DNA from: Haliotis rubra
Taxonomy: Eukaryota
Length of the DNA: 64,000 nucleotides
Direction of reading: 5' to 3'
Assembly: GCF_003918875.1 (NCBI RefSeq)
Contig: NW_025766514.1
Location: 868,001 to 932,000, forward strand
The notes below the pieces were generated by a model that saw only the letters and a program-made list of their open reading frames with translations, was not told the DNA's origin and did not search any database. Position 1 is the stretch's first letter; each line of letters opens with the position of its first letter. Positions 48,925-63,250 of this stretch are shown here, one piece after another. The position numbers and the translations under genes were made by a program.

Positions 48925-50130
48925 GGCACTACAATGTTATCATGTACACACACAACTCTGGTATAGGAAGGCACTACAATGTTATCATGTACACACAACT
49001 CTGGTATAGGAAGACACTACAATGTTGTGTCATGTACACACACAACTCTGGTATAGGAAGACACTACAATGTTGTGTCATGTACACACACAACTCTGGTA
49101 TAGGAAGACACTACAATGTTGTGTCATGTACACACACAACTCTGGTATAGGAAGGCACTACAATGTTGTGTCATGTACACACACAACTCTGGTATAGGAG
49201 GCACTACAATGTTGTGTCATGTACACACACAACTCTGGTATAGGAAGACACTACAATGTTGTGTCATGTACACACACAACTCTGGTATAGGAAGGCACTA
49301 CAATGTTGTGTCATGTACACACACAACTCTGGTATAGGAGGCACTACAATGTTGTGTCATGTACACACACAACTCTGGTATAGGAGGCACTACAATGTTG
49401 TGTCATGTACACACACAACTCTGGTATAGGAAGGCACTACAATGTTGTGTTATGTACACACACAACTCTGGTATAGGAAGACACTACAATGTTGTGTCAT
49501 GTACACACACAACTCTGGTATAGGAGGCACTACAATGTTGTGTCATGTACACACACAACTCTGGTATAGGAGGCACTACAATGTTGTGTCATGTACACAC
49601 ACAACTCTGGTATAGGAGGTACACTACAATGTTGTGTCATGTACACACACAACTCTGGTATAGGAAGGCACTACAATGTTATCATGTACACACACAACTC
49701 TGGTATAGGAGGCACTACAATGTTGTGTCATGTACACACACAACTCTGGTATAGGAAGACACTACAATGTTGTGTCATGTACACACACAACTCTGGTATA
49801 GGAGGCACTACAATGTTGTGTCATGTACACACACAACTCTGGTATAGGAGGCACTACAATGTTGTGTCATGTACACACACAACTCTGGTATAGGAGGCAC
49901 TACAATGTTGTGTCATGTACACACACAACTCTGGTATAGGAAGACACTACAATGTTGTGTCATGTACACACACAACTCTGGTATAGGAGGCACTACAATG
50001 TTGTGTCATGTACACACACAACTCTGGTATAGGAGGCACTACAATGTTGTGTCAGGTACACACACAACTCTGGTATAGGAAGGCACTACAATGTTGTGTC
50101 ATGTACACACACAACTCTGGTATAGGAGGC
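48925..50130. repeat. 46-47-bp minisatellite (CACTACAATGTTGTGTCATGTACACACACAACTCTGGTATAGGAAGG)
   Basis: direct. Confidence 0.97.
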
Positions 50131-50594
50131 AACACGATGGTTTGTCAAGTAACACATATTGTAATGGAGTGTTGACAAGACTTAGTATATCCCTTACATC
50201 TATACAAGGCTGCCATCCTCGATCAATGCAGATACAATCGTGTCCTGTATATAGATGTGCTACTGGTGATGTGGCCGCCAGGGGGTATCAATGTTTGTCA
50301 ATGAAGGACTCTCAATTTGAGTCTCCACAAGCACCATTTAATTAAATGAGCTGCAATCCATCCTGGCTGGACTCCATCAACTTTACATTCATACATCTCG
50401 TATTCCCCACCATCAACATTCAATTGAATGTACTGTGATTGTGTTGAAATTGGAGGCCCAGCAGTAGACGGACCCCGGAGGCTATATGCACAGGCACTGA
50501 ATAACCAACTTTGTATATGTCGATGTTATCATGTTCATGTCAACTTCTAATCAGAAACAAAATCTGAAAAGCACTTTACCATATCAGGGGGATA

Positions 50595-51065
50595 GGGTAT
50601 ACGTGATGCTTGGGCAGCCAGACAAATACTGGCAGTCTGACATGATTCACTGACACTGGATCACGTGGAGAGGGTGCTTGGGCAGCCAGCCAGATGACAG
50701 TCTGACATAATACAGCGTGATGCTTGGGCAGCCAGCCAGATACTGACAGTCTGACATGATTCACTGACACTGGATCACGTGGAGAGGGTAAACGTGATGA
50801 CATTTCACTGGGCAGCCAGCCAGATACTGACAGTCTGACATGATTCACTGACACTGGATCACGTGGAGGGTATATGTGTGATACTTGGGCAGCCAGCCAG
50901 ATACTGACAGTCTGACACGATTCACTGACGCTGGATCACGTGGAGAGGGTATGACATGATGCTAGTGCAGCCAGCCAGATATTGACAGTCTGACACGATT
51001 CATCGACACTGGATCACATGGAGAGGGTATGACATGATGCTAGTGCAGTCAGCCAGATACTGACT
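50595..51065. repeat. ~75-bp degenerate tandem repeat
   Basis: GGCAGCCAGCCAGATACTGACAGTCTGACATGATTCACTGACACTGGATCACGTGGAGAGGGTA recurs ~6 times. Confidence 0.85.
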
Positions 51066-52584
51066 CACGTAAAGCGAATACAACATGATCTCATGGTTCT
51101 GGTGAGGTGGGACAAGAGCACCACCAGCACTAGACTGACAAGGAGTGTTATACATACAGTGAAGGTTCATCACACATCCAAGCCTTGCGTTACTTCCAGC
51201 AATTATGCTTGAATAGGACACAATACCTTGAGATGAAGTAATGCAAGAAACATCCTGATGCTGCCTCAAGACGTACGGCCAGAACCTCTGTGCAGATGCC
51301 ATTTGTGGTGAATTATTGGCCATTGAGAGTGTGATCCAATACAATCAGCACACTGGGTTCTACAATGTGGGCAGCTTCCAGGCGGAAACCATTCACACGG
51401 CCATCGTCCAGACCAGGCAGGATCAATTGAAAACTGAATCCAACTCACGTCTAGAACCATTTGTCTACATTACCCTAGCTCAAGATGAAATTAAGCATTG
51501 TTCTCCACATATATTTATTCCTGGGTAAATTTTTAAATGAGGTAATTATATTTCTGGGACAAAATGTTAGGCTATACTCACAGCAGGTACTGAAGGCAGT
51601 GCAGAGCTCCGTGAATGCTCACCATACGTTACAGTCAGTAGATCCTCTGATTCGGGTCAGAATATGCCATACACTTGCTACGAGCAACAACTAAAAGTCT
51701 AGTGGTGAGTTTGGTTTTACGCTGCTATTAGCAATATTCCAGTAATATCACAGCAGGGTACACCAGAAATAGGCTTCATATATTGTACCCATGTGCGGTT
51801 TGAAACCAGACAAATGGCATGAACAAAGGAAATATATGGCATATATGTATGCGTTCAGGGGAATTTGACTAAATATGGCATATATGTACGTGCCAGGGAA
51901 TTCGACTCTGTACCTACATAGGTCAGTGACATGAACCCTAAAAGTGTTAAGTGAAAAGTGTTAAGTGAAAGGCAAAAGTGAATGACAAAAGTCAAATCTG
52001 AAAGTCATAAAAGAGACGAACCACAGCAACAAATCAATATGACACTATTTGACTGGATAATGATATACTATCTGGCCATTGGACATAACGACTAAGAACC
52101 TATGCCTCCTGACAGCATTTCCCTACAGACAGAATTTATGATGCAAATACAGTTTTATCGCTGTGTACTGTTTTATTAAGCGATACTGAAAGTAGAAGGA
52201 ATCCTTACTACTTACTATTTAATTGTGAAACATCAAGCATAACCCCTTGCTTTGAATTTCTATCAGTCAAAATTTCATAACTTAAACCATCTGTCAAATT
52301 TAAATTTTATCCATTTATAACAGGTGATTGACTGCCATCTGAACTCTGTATGTATCAAAATATAACACACACGGATGTAGGTATTGTCAAGTGCTGTAAT
52401 AGCTAGCATGTAGTTAACATACAACAGCTGGAAAATATCATCCAAAATACTGGTAAATGTGATTCTATATTCTGCCTTATGACAAGCCATTATCAATCAT
52501 ATTGACACGACCTTATAGCTAATTTGCATAAACAATCCCAGTACACGGCATCTACTCATTCAGCTGGGCATAGAGTGGTCACCT

Positions 52585-52743
52585 GAGTGAGTGAGTTGTT
52601 AAACCACTTTTAACAATATTCCAGCAATATCACGGTGGGGGACACCAGGAATGGGCTTCACACATTGTGCATTGCGGGGAATCGAACCAGAGTCTTCGGC
52701 GTGACAAGCGAACACTTTAACCACTAGGCTACCCCACTGCCCC
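52585..52743 (-). mobile_element. tRNA-derived SINE family A (further copies at 51705-51800 and 54384-54534)
   Basis: homology to family A. Confidence 0.88.
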
Positions 52744-55597
52744 GGTCAACTGATACAGCAGTTAATGTACATCAGATGTATTGCCGATCATGTACCTGGA
52801 CATAGTACAAGGAAACAATGGTGATTGATGAAATATTGTAGGGCAAAGCTCACCTGTTGTCCTCTGAGTTGATTCATCAGCTGCTTGTTATATCACTGTC
52901 ATATCCAATCCCAGTCTGCTTATCCTAAAATGGAAAAATTGTGGAATGTAGAAACGTGTTTAATGATCCTAACATCAAAGGAAATGAAGTTTTGTAGACT
53001 GAAGGCACAATCATTGCTGTTGATATATCAAAAACACATTGTGCCTTGTAGCACAATGACTTTTACTTGGATAAATATGACGGATATTGCAAATGCCAGA
53101 TACAATCATTACAGATATTTTAGGAAAAGGAAAGCTTTATAATCACTACAGGGCTGATATGAGACATGAGAAAGCTATATGATAACCTGCAACTATACTG
53201 TTTGTTGTTTCCTTTGTTTGTTTGTTTGTTTGTTTAATACTGCTCTCAGCAATATTCCAGCTTATCTGCTGTACTTTTCATCAGGAACAGATGTACAGTT
53301 GCATCTGAGTTATCTCCCCATTACTCTTCAATGATATTAAAAGCCACATGAGTTGTCTGCCCATCAAGATTATCACCCTTCAAGTTCAATGGCATCAGAA
53401 TTATTTGCCAAAAGGTGTGGAAGAAGCCCCCAGCCGACCATCCAATCAATAGATGAAGTTCCGTGGTATCATTGACTGTCAATAGGTGGCGCTGTATTCA
53501 GAGAGGCAGATGCCACAGTGACCGATAACTAATTTGACCTTGCCAACAATAGTGACCAGTTGTTTGAACTACACTAATGACTTAATGCCTGCAGGAGGTG
53601 TGATGGCTGGCTGCCCAAACATGGCCTCCAATGTGAAGTCATGGAGACAAAGTCAGTCCGCCATTTTCAGTAAATAACAAAAAAGCAAGTCCTGTACCTC
53701 AACATACCTCCTTATACACAGTTTCATCAAGACATCCTCAATAATTCATGAGCCAGGGTCTCCAAAATGAATTCTAACTTCCTGCTGACTTAGAAATGTG
53801 AAACGTAAAATGTTGATAAAACCCCTGAGGAGCAAAGAGCACCAGTTAAGCAGTTTCTTTTTAGGAAAAATTCCATAAAGTAGAATAACAGAATCAGAGA
53901 TATATGCTGGAAACAATCCCTACCTTGATTCGAACTTGTGCAACTTGTTCTACTGAACATAAGCTCTTAAAAGGTTTTTGAATTCCCCAGTTTTTCAGTA
54001 TTTGCCTGGTATGTACACACAGTTTCACACGGAAATTATTACACATAGCTTCACAAGGAAATTATAAATGGCTGCGATCAGAAAACAAACCCTATCTCCT
54101 TATCAACTCATGTTGCAATGGAAATAATAATTTTTTAAATTTCTAAAATTCCAGAAAGGCAAAATGGAAGAATAATACTGCCTGCCAGATGTGAGGACCA
54201 CCATACAACATGTGACAAAACACACAGGGAAGGCTTCATAAGATAACATATAATAATACTATAGTTTCCAATGGGAACTTTTGTTTAAACATGACATATA
54301 AAAGTACACAAAAATACAGACAGACTAAGCCCATTTCTATATTCCCTCCAAAACTTCATTTGTCCTCGTAATATTCAACTATAGAGTGAGTGAGTGAGTG
54401 AGGTTTTACGCTGCTTTTAGCAACATTCCAGCAACATCACGACAGGGGGATATCAGAAATGGGCTTCACCCATTGTACCCATGTGGGGATGAACCTGTGT
54501 TTTGGGCGTGATGAGCGAACACTTTAACCACTACTGTGTGCATCACTAGAAGTGTGTGTTGTAGTAAACAATCTGCTTTCTGTTAATAATAGCTCTTCTT
54601 CCTGGTAAATATTACATGAAATCCATGATATCATGATAACACATCCCAATCTCTTTATCATCTCCAGTCTCTATCTGGAAACCATGTCACTAACACTACT
54701 CTTGCTAGACATAAACTTTCTTTGGAAATGTTTCAAAATTGAAGCCAGGTGACATACAAATTGTACGTTTATTTACAACTTCAATTACAACCCAAAGTTG
54801 AGAATGCTGCCATGGTTGGTGTGTGAAATAATTATCCTTATATCGCGTTTGTTTCAAATCTATCAGAACATAACAAACACAAGACTGAATGATACAGCCG
54901 GGATGTGAATTTAGTAACAGCATTTTGTCTTCAACAAAACATGTCTGACATAAAGTTTAAATGTAGTATCTCCCAGTTGCCTGATTCCACAGTAAAACCT
55001 CACAGACCAGCCATGATCTATGATATAATAGATCAGTCATATTGACACGTGAGGCTGCTACACCCCGGAACAAGAGGACTTAGGAACATTGGGAGTCTTA
55101 CTTTCAAATTCCACTGATTTATGAGGAGTTGTAGGTTGAAATGGCAAAATTGCTGCAATTATTTGTGATTTTTTGTCGATGTGTGAGTAGGTGGTGAGAG
55201 AGATGATAGGCCCTCAGTAAACAACATTAGTAGAAAGGAAGGTAGTATAATCGGATTTCCCCCTTACAGCACAAGATGTATTACAGAAGTGTTCATGATT
55301 TGATATCGATTCTATACACGACCAAAGTTGTGGACTGAAGAACAGTGTACACTATCTGTCCTTACAACACACAAGACGATGACGCTTGTGTCCTGACTGA
55401 TCTACCCATCTATAATTATACTTCACACAAAACTCACTTCTCAAATCGTCCAAATAATTGTTTTTAAGATAGTTGTGTACATCAGTTCCTCAAAGATTGA
55501 TTAAGCAAGGACCTGCATTGAAATGACAAATTAACAATATTCACAAACTGACAGACAAGTTGAAATATTGTTTACAAGAAATAACTTTCACAAGCTG

Positions 55598-58500
55598 TTT
55601 GACACACACACAGCTTTCACATGATGTTTGACACACAGCCTTCACATGATGCTTGACACACCTTCACATCATGATGTTTGACACCTTCACATCATGTTTG
55701 ATGACACCAACCACATCGTGATGTTTGACACACAACAACATCATGATGTTTGACACACAACCTTCACATGATGTTTGACAACCTGTACATGATGTTTGAC
55801 ACAGAACCCGGTATCATGATGTTTGACACACCTTCACATGATGTTTGACACACCTTCACATGATGTTTGACACAGAACCTGTACATGATGTTTGACACAG
55901 AACCTGTACATGTTTGATGTTTTTGACACAGAACCTGTACATGATGTTTGACACAGAACCTGTACATGATGTTTGACACAGAACCTCACATGATGTTTGA
56001 CACAGAACCTGTACACTGATGTTTGACACAGAAACCTGTACATGATGTTTGACACAGAACCTGTACATGATGTTTGACACAGAACCTCTGATGTTTGACA
56101 CAGAACCTGTACATGATGTTTGACACAGAACCTTCACATGATGTTTGACACAGAACCTGTACATGATGTTTGACACAGAACCTTACACATGATGATGTTT
56201 GACACAGAACCTGTACATGATGTTTGACACAGAACCTGTACATGATGTTTGGCACAGAACCTGTACATGATGTTTGACACAGAACCTGTACATGATGTTT
56301 GACACAGAACCTGTACATGATGTTTGACACAGAACCTGTACATGATGTTTGACACAGAACCTGTACATGATGTTTGACACAGAACCTGGTACATGATGTT
56401 TGACACAGAACCTGTACATGATGTTTTTGACACAGAACCTGTTACATGATGTTTGACACAGAACCTGTACATGATGTTTGACACAGAACCTGTACATGAT
56501 GTTTGACACAGAACCTGTACATGATGTTTGACACAGAACCTGTACATGATGTTTGGCACAGAACCTGTACATGATGTTTGACACAGAACCTGTACATGAT
56601 GTTTGACACAGAACCTGTACATGATGTTTGACACAGAACCTGTACATGATGTTTGACACAGAACCTGTACATGATGTTTGACACAGAACCCGGTACATGA
56701 TGTTTGACACAGAACCGGTACATGATGTTTGACACAGAACCTGTACATGATGTTTGACACAGAACCTGTACATGATGTTTGACACAGAACCCATTACATG
56801 ATGTTTGACACAGAACCTGTACATGATGTTTGACACAGAACCTGTACATGATGTTTGACACAGAACCTGTACATGATGTTTGACACAGAACCTGTACATG
56901 ATGTTTGACACAGAACCTGTACATGATGTTTGATACAGAACCTGTACATGATGTTTGACACAGAACCTGTACATGTTGTTTGATACAGAACCGGTACATG
57001 TTGTTTGGCACAGAACCTGTACATGATGTTTGACACAGAACCTGTACATGATGCTTGATACAGAACCTGTACATGATGTTTGACACAGAACCTGTACATG
57101 ATGTTTGACACAGAACCTTAGAATAGAATAGAATAGAATAATACTTTAATGCCTTTTCAGGAATTTGTGTTACATCAGCAGAGCTACTGACACATTAGAG
57201 AGATACCAAACATATTTACATAAATTCTTTGATTTAGGTATCTTCACATTTGTTTAAGAGAGATATGGTACTTGGAATAAAGGATGTACGGGCTCTCTTA
57301 GTTTTCACAATTGGAACTTTGTAGCAGCGGCCTGAAGGGAGGAGGTTGTATTCCGAATTTAAGTAGTGAGTACGGTCAGATATGATTTTGACAGCTTGAT
57401 TCACGATTTGCCGCTCATATATTGATGATAAACATTCAAATCTGACTACAGTGATTTTACTTGCAGTGTTAACTATTTTGTCTATTTTAGATTTGAGATG
57501 AACTGAGAGAGACTGTACCAACAATGGAAGGAAAATGTTAAAATACTCTGAATAAATGGTACATATAAAGATGATATCACAGATGGGTTAACATTAAAAG
57601 ATCTCAGTTTACGCATGAGATGAAGATGTTGTTGACACTTTTTGTATAGGGCTTCAGTGTTAGAGTTCCAGTTCAGCTTAGAGTCAATGAAGGTTCCCAG
57701 ATACTTATACTCCGACACTGTCTCAACACATTCACCGTTAATTATCACTGGAAGCATTTCATGATGCTTGACACACCTTCACATCATGATGCTTGACACA
57801 CCTTCACATCATGATGCTTGACACACCTTCACAACTCATGATGTTTGACACAACTAACCACCACATGATGTTTGACACACAACTCTCACATGATGTTTGA
57901 CACAGAACAACTGTACATGATGTTTGACACAACAACTGCCACATGATGTTTGACACACAACCTGTCACATGATGTTTGATGAACCTTCACAACCACAACC
58001 CACATGTACATGATGTTTGACACAACCTTCACCTGTACATGATGTTTGACACAGAACTGCCAAATGATGTTTGACACACAACCTGTCACATGATGTTTGA
58101 CACAACCTTCACATGATGTTTGACACAGAACCTGTACATGTTTGACACAGAACCTGTACATGATGTTTGACACAGAACCTGTACATGATGTTTGACACAG
58201 AACCTGATACATGATGTTTGACACAGAACCTTCACATGATGTTTGACACAACCTTCACATGATGTTTGACACAACCTTCACATGATGTTTTGACACAGAC
58301 ACTTCACATGATGTTTGACACAGAACCTTCACATGATGTTTGACACAACCTTCACATGACACATGTTTGGCCACCTTCACATGATGTTTGACACAGAACC
58401 TTCACATGATGCTTGACACAGAACCTGACATGATGTTTGACACAAACCTGTACATGATGTTTGACACAGAACCTGATGTTTGACATGTTTGTTTGACACA

Positions 58501-58833
58501 GAACCTGGTACATGATGTTTGATGTTTGACAGAACCTTCACATGATGTTTGACACAGAACCTTCACATGATGTTTGACACAGAACCTTTCATGATGTTTG
58601 ACACACAACTGCCACATGATGTTTGACACAGAACCTTCACATGATGTTTGACACAGAACCTTCACATGATGTTTGACACACAACTGCCACATGATGTTTG
58701 ACACAACCTTCACACAACTGATGATGTTTGACACAACCTTCACATGATGTTTGACACAACCATCACATGATGTTTGACACAACCTTCACCTGATGTTTGA
58801 CACAACCTTCACATGATGTTTGACACAACCTGT
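55598..58833. repeat. 25-bp minisatellite (ACATGATGTTTGACACAGAACCTGT), split by a LINE insertion and ending at the hAT element
   Basis: direct. Confidence 0.97.
57119..57758 (-). mobile_element. 5'-truncated Rex1/Babar-type LINE (RT C-terminus, 3'UTR, (CTATT)n tail), one frameshift
   Basis: VETVSEYKYLGTFIDSKLNWNSNT..KKCQQ.LHLMRKLRSFNV..FIQSILTF..CWY and HYLNSEYNLLPSGRCYKVP..KTKRARTSFIP..ISLLN; ATTAAA followed by (TATTC)4. Confidence 0.88.
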
Positions 58834-61147
58834 TAGAGTTGTGACGATATATCGATACTTGAATAGTCGTGATATTAAAATCAGACGATACAATATATCG
58901 ATACGATCCATGTGTATTGATTCACCGACGATATATACTTGCTAAAAGGTCGCCCACATTTGAATTGTTTTTATTCATACATCATCGCGAATTTCGCGAC
59001 CGATGAAAACAACAGGGGAGCGCCATGTTTCAGGTTGCTAGGCGACGTTGAATCTCGCGAGATTTCGGCACTTCTCGCATGCGCACAAGGAAAATGGTCG
59101 CTGACGACGCTGTGTTTTTGAAGCCTGGTGCAGGATATAAAAGCAAGGTGTGGAAGCACTTTTTACTATCGAGAGATAAAACTCAAGTGGCATGTACCTT
59201 CTGTGATGTGAAAGCAACTTATCGAGGAAACACGACAAACATGTCGACACACTTGAAAAGGCACCACCCCCTGGAATACGATCTTGTTACAAAGACTGAC
59301 ATCGTGACTGACAACAAACGGAAAGTCAGTGCAAGTGGAACTGTACCGCAAATGTTTGAACATTCCTGCATGTATTCCCCTGGAAGTGATCGATCAAATG
59401 GGATAACCAAAGCATTGACATATTACATTTCAAAGGTATGCAACCTTTTTCCATTGAGGAAAATGAGGGTTTTATTAATTTTGTTCTCGTTTTACATCCC
59501 CGATACAAACTGCCAAACAGAAAAACTGTGTCTCAGACTATCATTCCCAAACTGTATGAAGAAACCAAATCTTCAGTTTTGTCTGATTTGAAAACAAGTG
59601 AAAGGGTAGCACTCACCACTGATGGTTGGACCAGCCGTGCCACACAAGCCAACATATCTCCAGTGCTTGGGAGATTGTGTCACATGTTCTCCAGACCAGG
59701 GTCATTGAGGAAAGTCATACTGGAGTGAATATTGGGAAAGTGCTTAAGGATGCTGTGGAAGAGTGGGGCATTGCTGACAAGGACCCAGCTTTGGTTACTG
59801 ATAATGCAGCTAATATGGGTGTTGCTGCTGAAGTTGCAGAACTAAGGCCATACGTCTACTGCTTTGCACATACGCTGAACCTGGCCACTCAACGTGGCTT
59901 ATCTCCAGCTTCAACCAGCAATATATGCCACATTAGTTTCCAAAGATATCCAGAGGAAAGAGAGTGACATCAGCACACTCACTGAAAGTGATGTCAGAAA
60001 TTTGGAACTACTTCTTGAACTTTTGGGACCCCTGAAGAGAGCAACAGAGGTATTGTGTGATGAAAAAGTGCCTACAATTTCCATTGTTGCTCCAATGCTG
60101 TATCTCATCAAAACCCAGATGACCCCCAATGATGATGATTCTCCTCTTGTCAAAGATGTAAAGCATGCAATTGAGGTATAGTTAAACAAGCGATACACCA
60201 AACCAGAAGTGCAGCAGGTCCTTCATCAGTCTTCTGCGATGGATCCTAGGTTCAAGACTCTTCCATTCTTGAAAGAAGACCAGAAAGCAACAGTGTTTGC
60301 TGAACTGGCTACATGTATTGCAGAATATTGTGACAGACGTCACCTGGTATGTCCACATACTATTTCACAAATTAAATCTCAAATATACATGATTTGTGCC
60401 ACACCGTCAAATTTGAAAACTTATCCACTTGATTAAAAGAATATGTTAAATTGTTAATCTCAAATTTCAATTCTAAATTTTATAAAATGTAATTTCAAAT
60501 GTTCAGTTTGAAAAGGTTCTAACCTAAATTCAATTATTAGAAATTCAACCTTTATTCAGTTTTTTGACTTCTTGAATTATCAGTTTTTGTAATCTGTATA
60601 TTTTCAGGAACTGGTTGATGTGAAGGATGAGCCCAAGGATGATACTGCCCTCCCTGACCTACCAGTACCACCGGCAATTGCTGGGATCGAGATGGATACA
60701 CCTGAACTTGATACTCCTGCTGCTGTCTGTGGCATAAAGAAAGAGCCAGATGATAGTGCTGTACAGTCCAGTGCTTCAACCTCTCTCTCGGCTCTGTTTG
60801 GTGTTGTGTATGTTGTTAAGGTGGAACCCGGTCCAGGGGATGGAGACACTGAGGGGGCCAGCAAATCCTCATTGGTTTGTGTACAGGAGGAAATTGATAA
60901 ATACAGGAAAGAGATTCCTCTAAATGTGGATTTAAATCCTTTGGTGTGGTGGAAATGTCACCAGCAGGTCTACCCAATGTTGTCACAATTTTGCAAGTCC
61001 TTGCTCTGTATCCCTGCAACTTCTGTTCCTTCCGAGAGGGTATTTTCAACTGCTGGTGTTATTGTCACTGCACAAAGGGCCAACCTGAGTTGGAAACATG
61101 TTGACAGGATGATTATCCTTAAGAAGAATCTTAAAAGGTACTTCTGA
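58834..61147 (+). mobile_element. hAT (Ac/ZBED1-like) DNA transposon, 5' TIR present, 3' TIR not found in window
   Basis: TAGAGTTGTGACGAT terminus with subterminal CGATA repeats, followed by a transposase. Confidence 0.88.
59094..61147 (+). pseudogene. Disrupted hAT transposase: BED zinc finger, DDE core, hATC dimerisation domain; one intron at 60347-60607
   Basis: SKVWKHF..CTFC..NTTNMSTHLKRHH; LTTDGWTS; VTDNAANM; CFAHTLNL; DPRFK; WW..YP.L..IPATSVPSERVFS. Frameshifts near 59435, 59648 and 59900, stop at 60179-60181, RWNS segment absent; CTG|gtatgt...ttttcag|GAA phase 0. Confidence 0.9.
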
Positions 61148-61721
61148 ATTTCTATTCAAAATCAAAAGTACGTTTTAAATATTCTGAAATTAAGGAATCA
61201 GTGATGTACTGTCATATTCATCTACACTGCAGTGGGAACACTGATCTGCATTGTCGTGAATGACATTCATGTTAAAAGGATTTAATTTAAAAGTTGTTCA
61301 AATGTTCAGAACTTTATAGCTTTGTGCTGATCTGTTACTTCACACTTCCTCATTAGTACCTCACACCTCTGTGATCACAGAGGTATTACTGTTCAATAGA
61401 TGAACACTACTTATACACACTAGACTACTTACAAATACTTGAAGAGGGTATGATAACCTGTCAGTGCTCACTTTAGTCATGTATTTCATTTTGTCATTTA
61501 TGCTTTAAATATTGGAGCATTCCATGTACATGTACTGTGACTGCATACTACATGATACTAGTCTGGTGCTGTTTGTTTATAATATTGTTTTATCTTTTTC
61601 TGTTGTTCTAAAACTCTTTATTGTGTCAATATCAGATATTAACTGACACAAGGATGTCAGGCTGTCAGCAACATTAATGTTACATAATCATCCCTACCGA
61701 CACCTACTCAGTTTTGTTTAT

Positions 61722-63250
61722 AACCCCAGCCCCAGTCTCAACCCCTTCTCCAAACCCAGCCCCTTCTCCAACCCTAGTCTCAACCCCTTCTCCAACCCCA
61801 GCCCCAGTCTCAACTCCTTCTCCAACCCCAGCCCCTTCTCCAACCCTAGTCTCAACTCCTTCTCCAGTCCCAGTCTCAGCCCCTTCTCCAGTCCCAAACT
61901 CCCAGCCCCAGCCCCTTCTCCAACCCCAGCCCCAGTCTCAACCTATTCTCCAACCCCAGCCCCAGTCTCAGCCCCTTCTCCAACCCCAGCCTCAGCCCCT
62001 TCTCCAACCCCAGCCCCAGTCTCAGCCTATTCTCCAACCCCAGCCCCAGTCTCAGCCCCTTCTCCAACCCAAGCCTCAGCCCCTTCTCCAACCCCAGCTC
62101 CACTCTCAGCCTATTCTCCAACCCCAGCCCTAGTGGTAACCCTTCTCCAACCCCAGCCCCAGACTCAACCTATTCTCCAACCCCAGCCCGAGTCTCAGCC
62201 TCAGCCTCAGCTCAAACCCCAGCCCAAGTCTCAGCCCCTTCTCCAACCCCAGCCTCAGCCCCTTCTCCAACGCCAGCCTCAAACCCCTTCTCCAACCGCA
62301 GTCTCAGCCCCTTCTCCAACCCCAGCCCGAGTCTCAACCCCTTCTCCAACCCCAGCCCCCACCCCTTCTCCAACCCCAGCCCCAGTCTCAGCTCCTTCTC
62401 CAACCCCAGCCCCAGTCTCAGCCCCTTCTCCAATCCCAGCCCCAACTTCTTCTCCAACCCCAGCCCCAGTATCAGCTCCTTCTCCAACCCCAGTCTCAGC
62501 CCCTTCTCCAACCCCAGCCCCAGTCTCAGCCCCTTCTCCAGCCCCAGCCCCAACCCTTTCAAACCCCAGTCTCAGCTCCTTCTCCAACCCCAGTCTCAAC
62601 CCCTTCTCCAACCCCAGCCCCAGTCTCAGCCTATTCTCCAACCCCAGCCCCAGTCTAAACTCCTTCTCCAACCCCAGCCCCAGCCTCAGCCCCTTCTCCA
62701 ACCCCAGCCCCACTCTCAACCTATTCTCCAACCCCAGCCCTAGTCTCAGCCCCTTCTCCAACTCCAGCCCCAGCCTCAGCCCTTCTCCAACCCCAGCCCC
62801 AACCCCTTCCCCAGTCTCAACCTGTTCTCCAACCCCAGCCTCAGCCTATTCTCCAACCCCAGCCCCAGTCTCAGCCTCAGCCTCAGCTCAAGCCCGAGCC
62901 CCAGTCTCAGCCCCTTCTCCAACCCCAGCCCTTCTCCAACCCCAGCCTCAAACCCTTCTCCAACCGCAGTCTCAGCCCCTTCTCCAACCCCAGCCCCAGT
63001 CTCAGCCCCTTCTCCAACCCCAGCCCCAGTCTCAACCCCTTCTCCAACCCCAGCCCTAGTCTCAGCCCCTTTTCCAACCCCAGCCCGAGTCTCAACCCTT
63101 TCTCCAACCCCAGTCTCAACCCCCAGCCTCAATCCCTTCTCCAACCCCAGCCCCAACCTCAGCCTCAACTCAAACCCCAGCCCCAGCCTCAACCCCTTCT
63201 CCAACCCCAGCCCCAGTCTCAACCCCAGCCTCAACCCTCAACCGTCTCAG
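61722..63250. repeat. C-rich hexamer-based satellite (~30-bp unit CCTTCTCCAACCCCAGCCCCAGTCTCAGCC)
   Basis: direct; source of the 460-aa Pro/Ser/Gln ORF. Confidence 0.95.

Noticed and set aside
51250-51528. Short ORFs with coding-like composition (also 33540-34000, 35600-35850, 1153-1679)
   Set aside because: No recognisable motifs or consistent splice partners.
55764-58782. Many overlapping Cys/His-rich minus-strand ORFs (MYRFCVKHHVQVLCQTSC...)
   Set aside because: Translations of the 25-bp satellite.
61677-63059. 460-aa Pro/Ser/Gln-rich ORF resembling an extensin or mucin
   Set aside because: Lies wholly in a hexamer-based satellite, several frames are open, the peptide register switches with indels, and there is no signal peptide or splice context.
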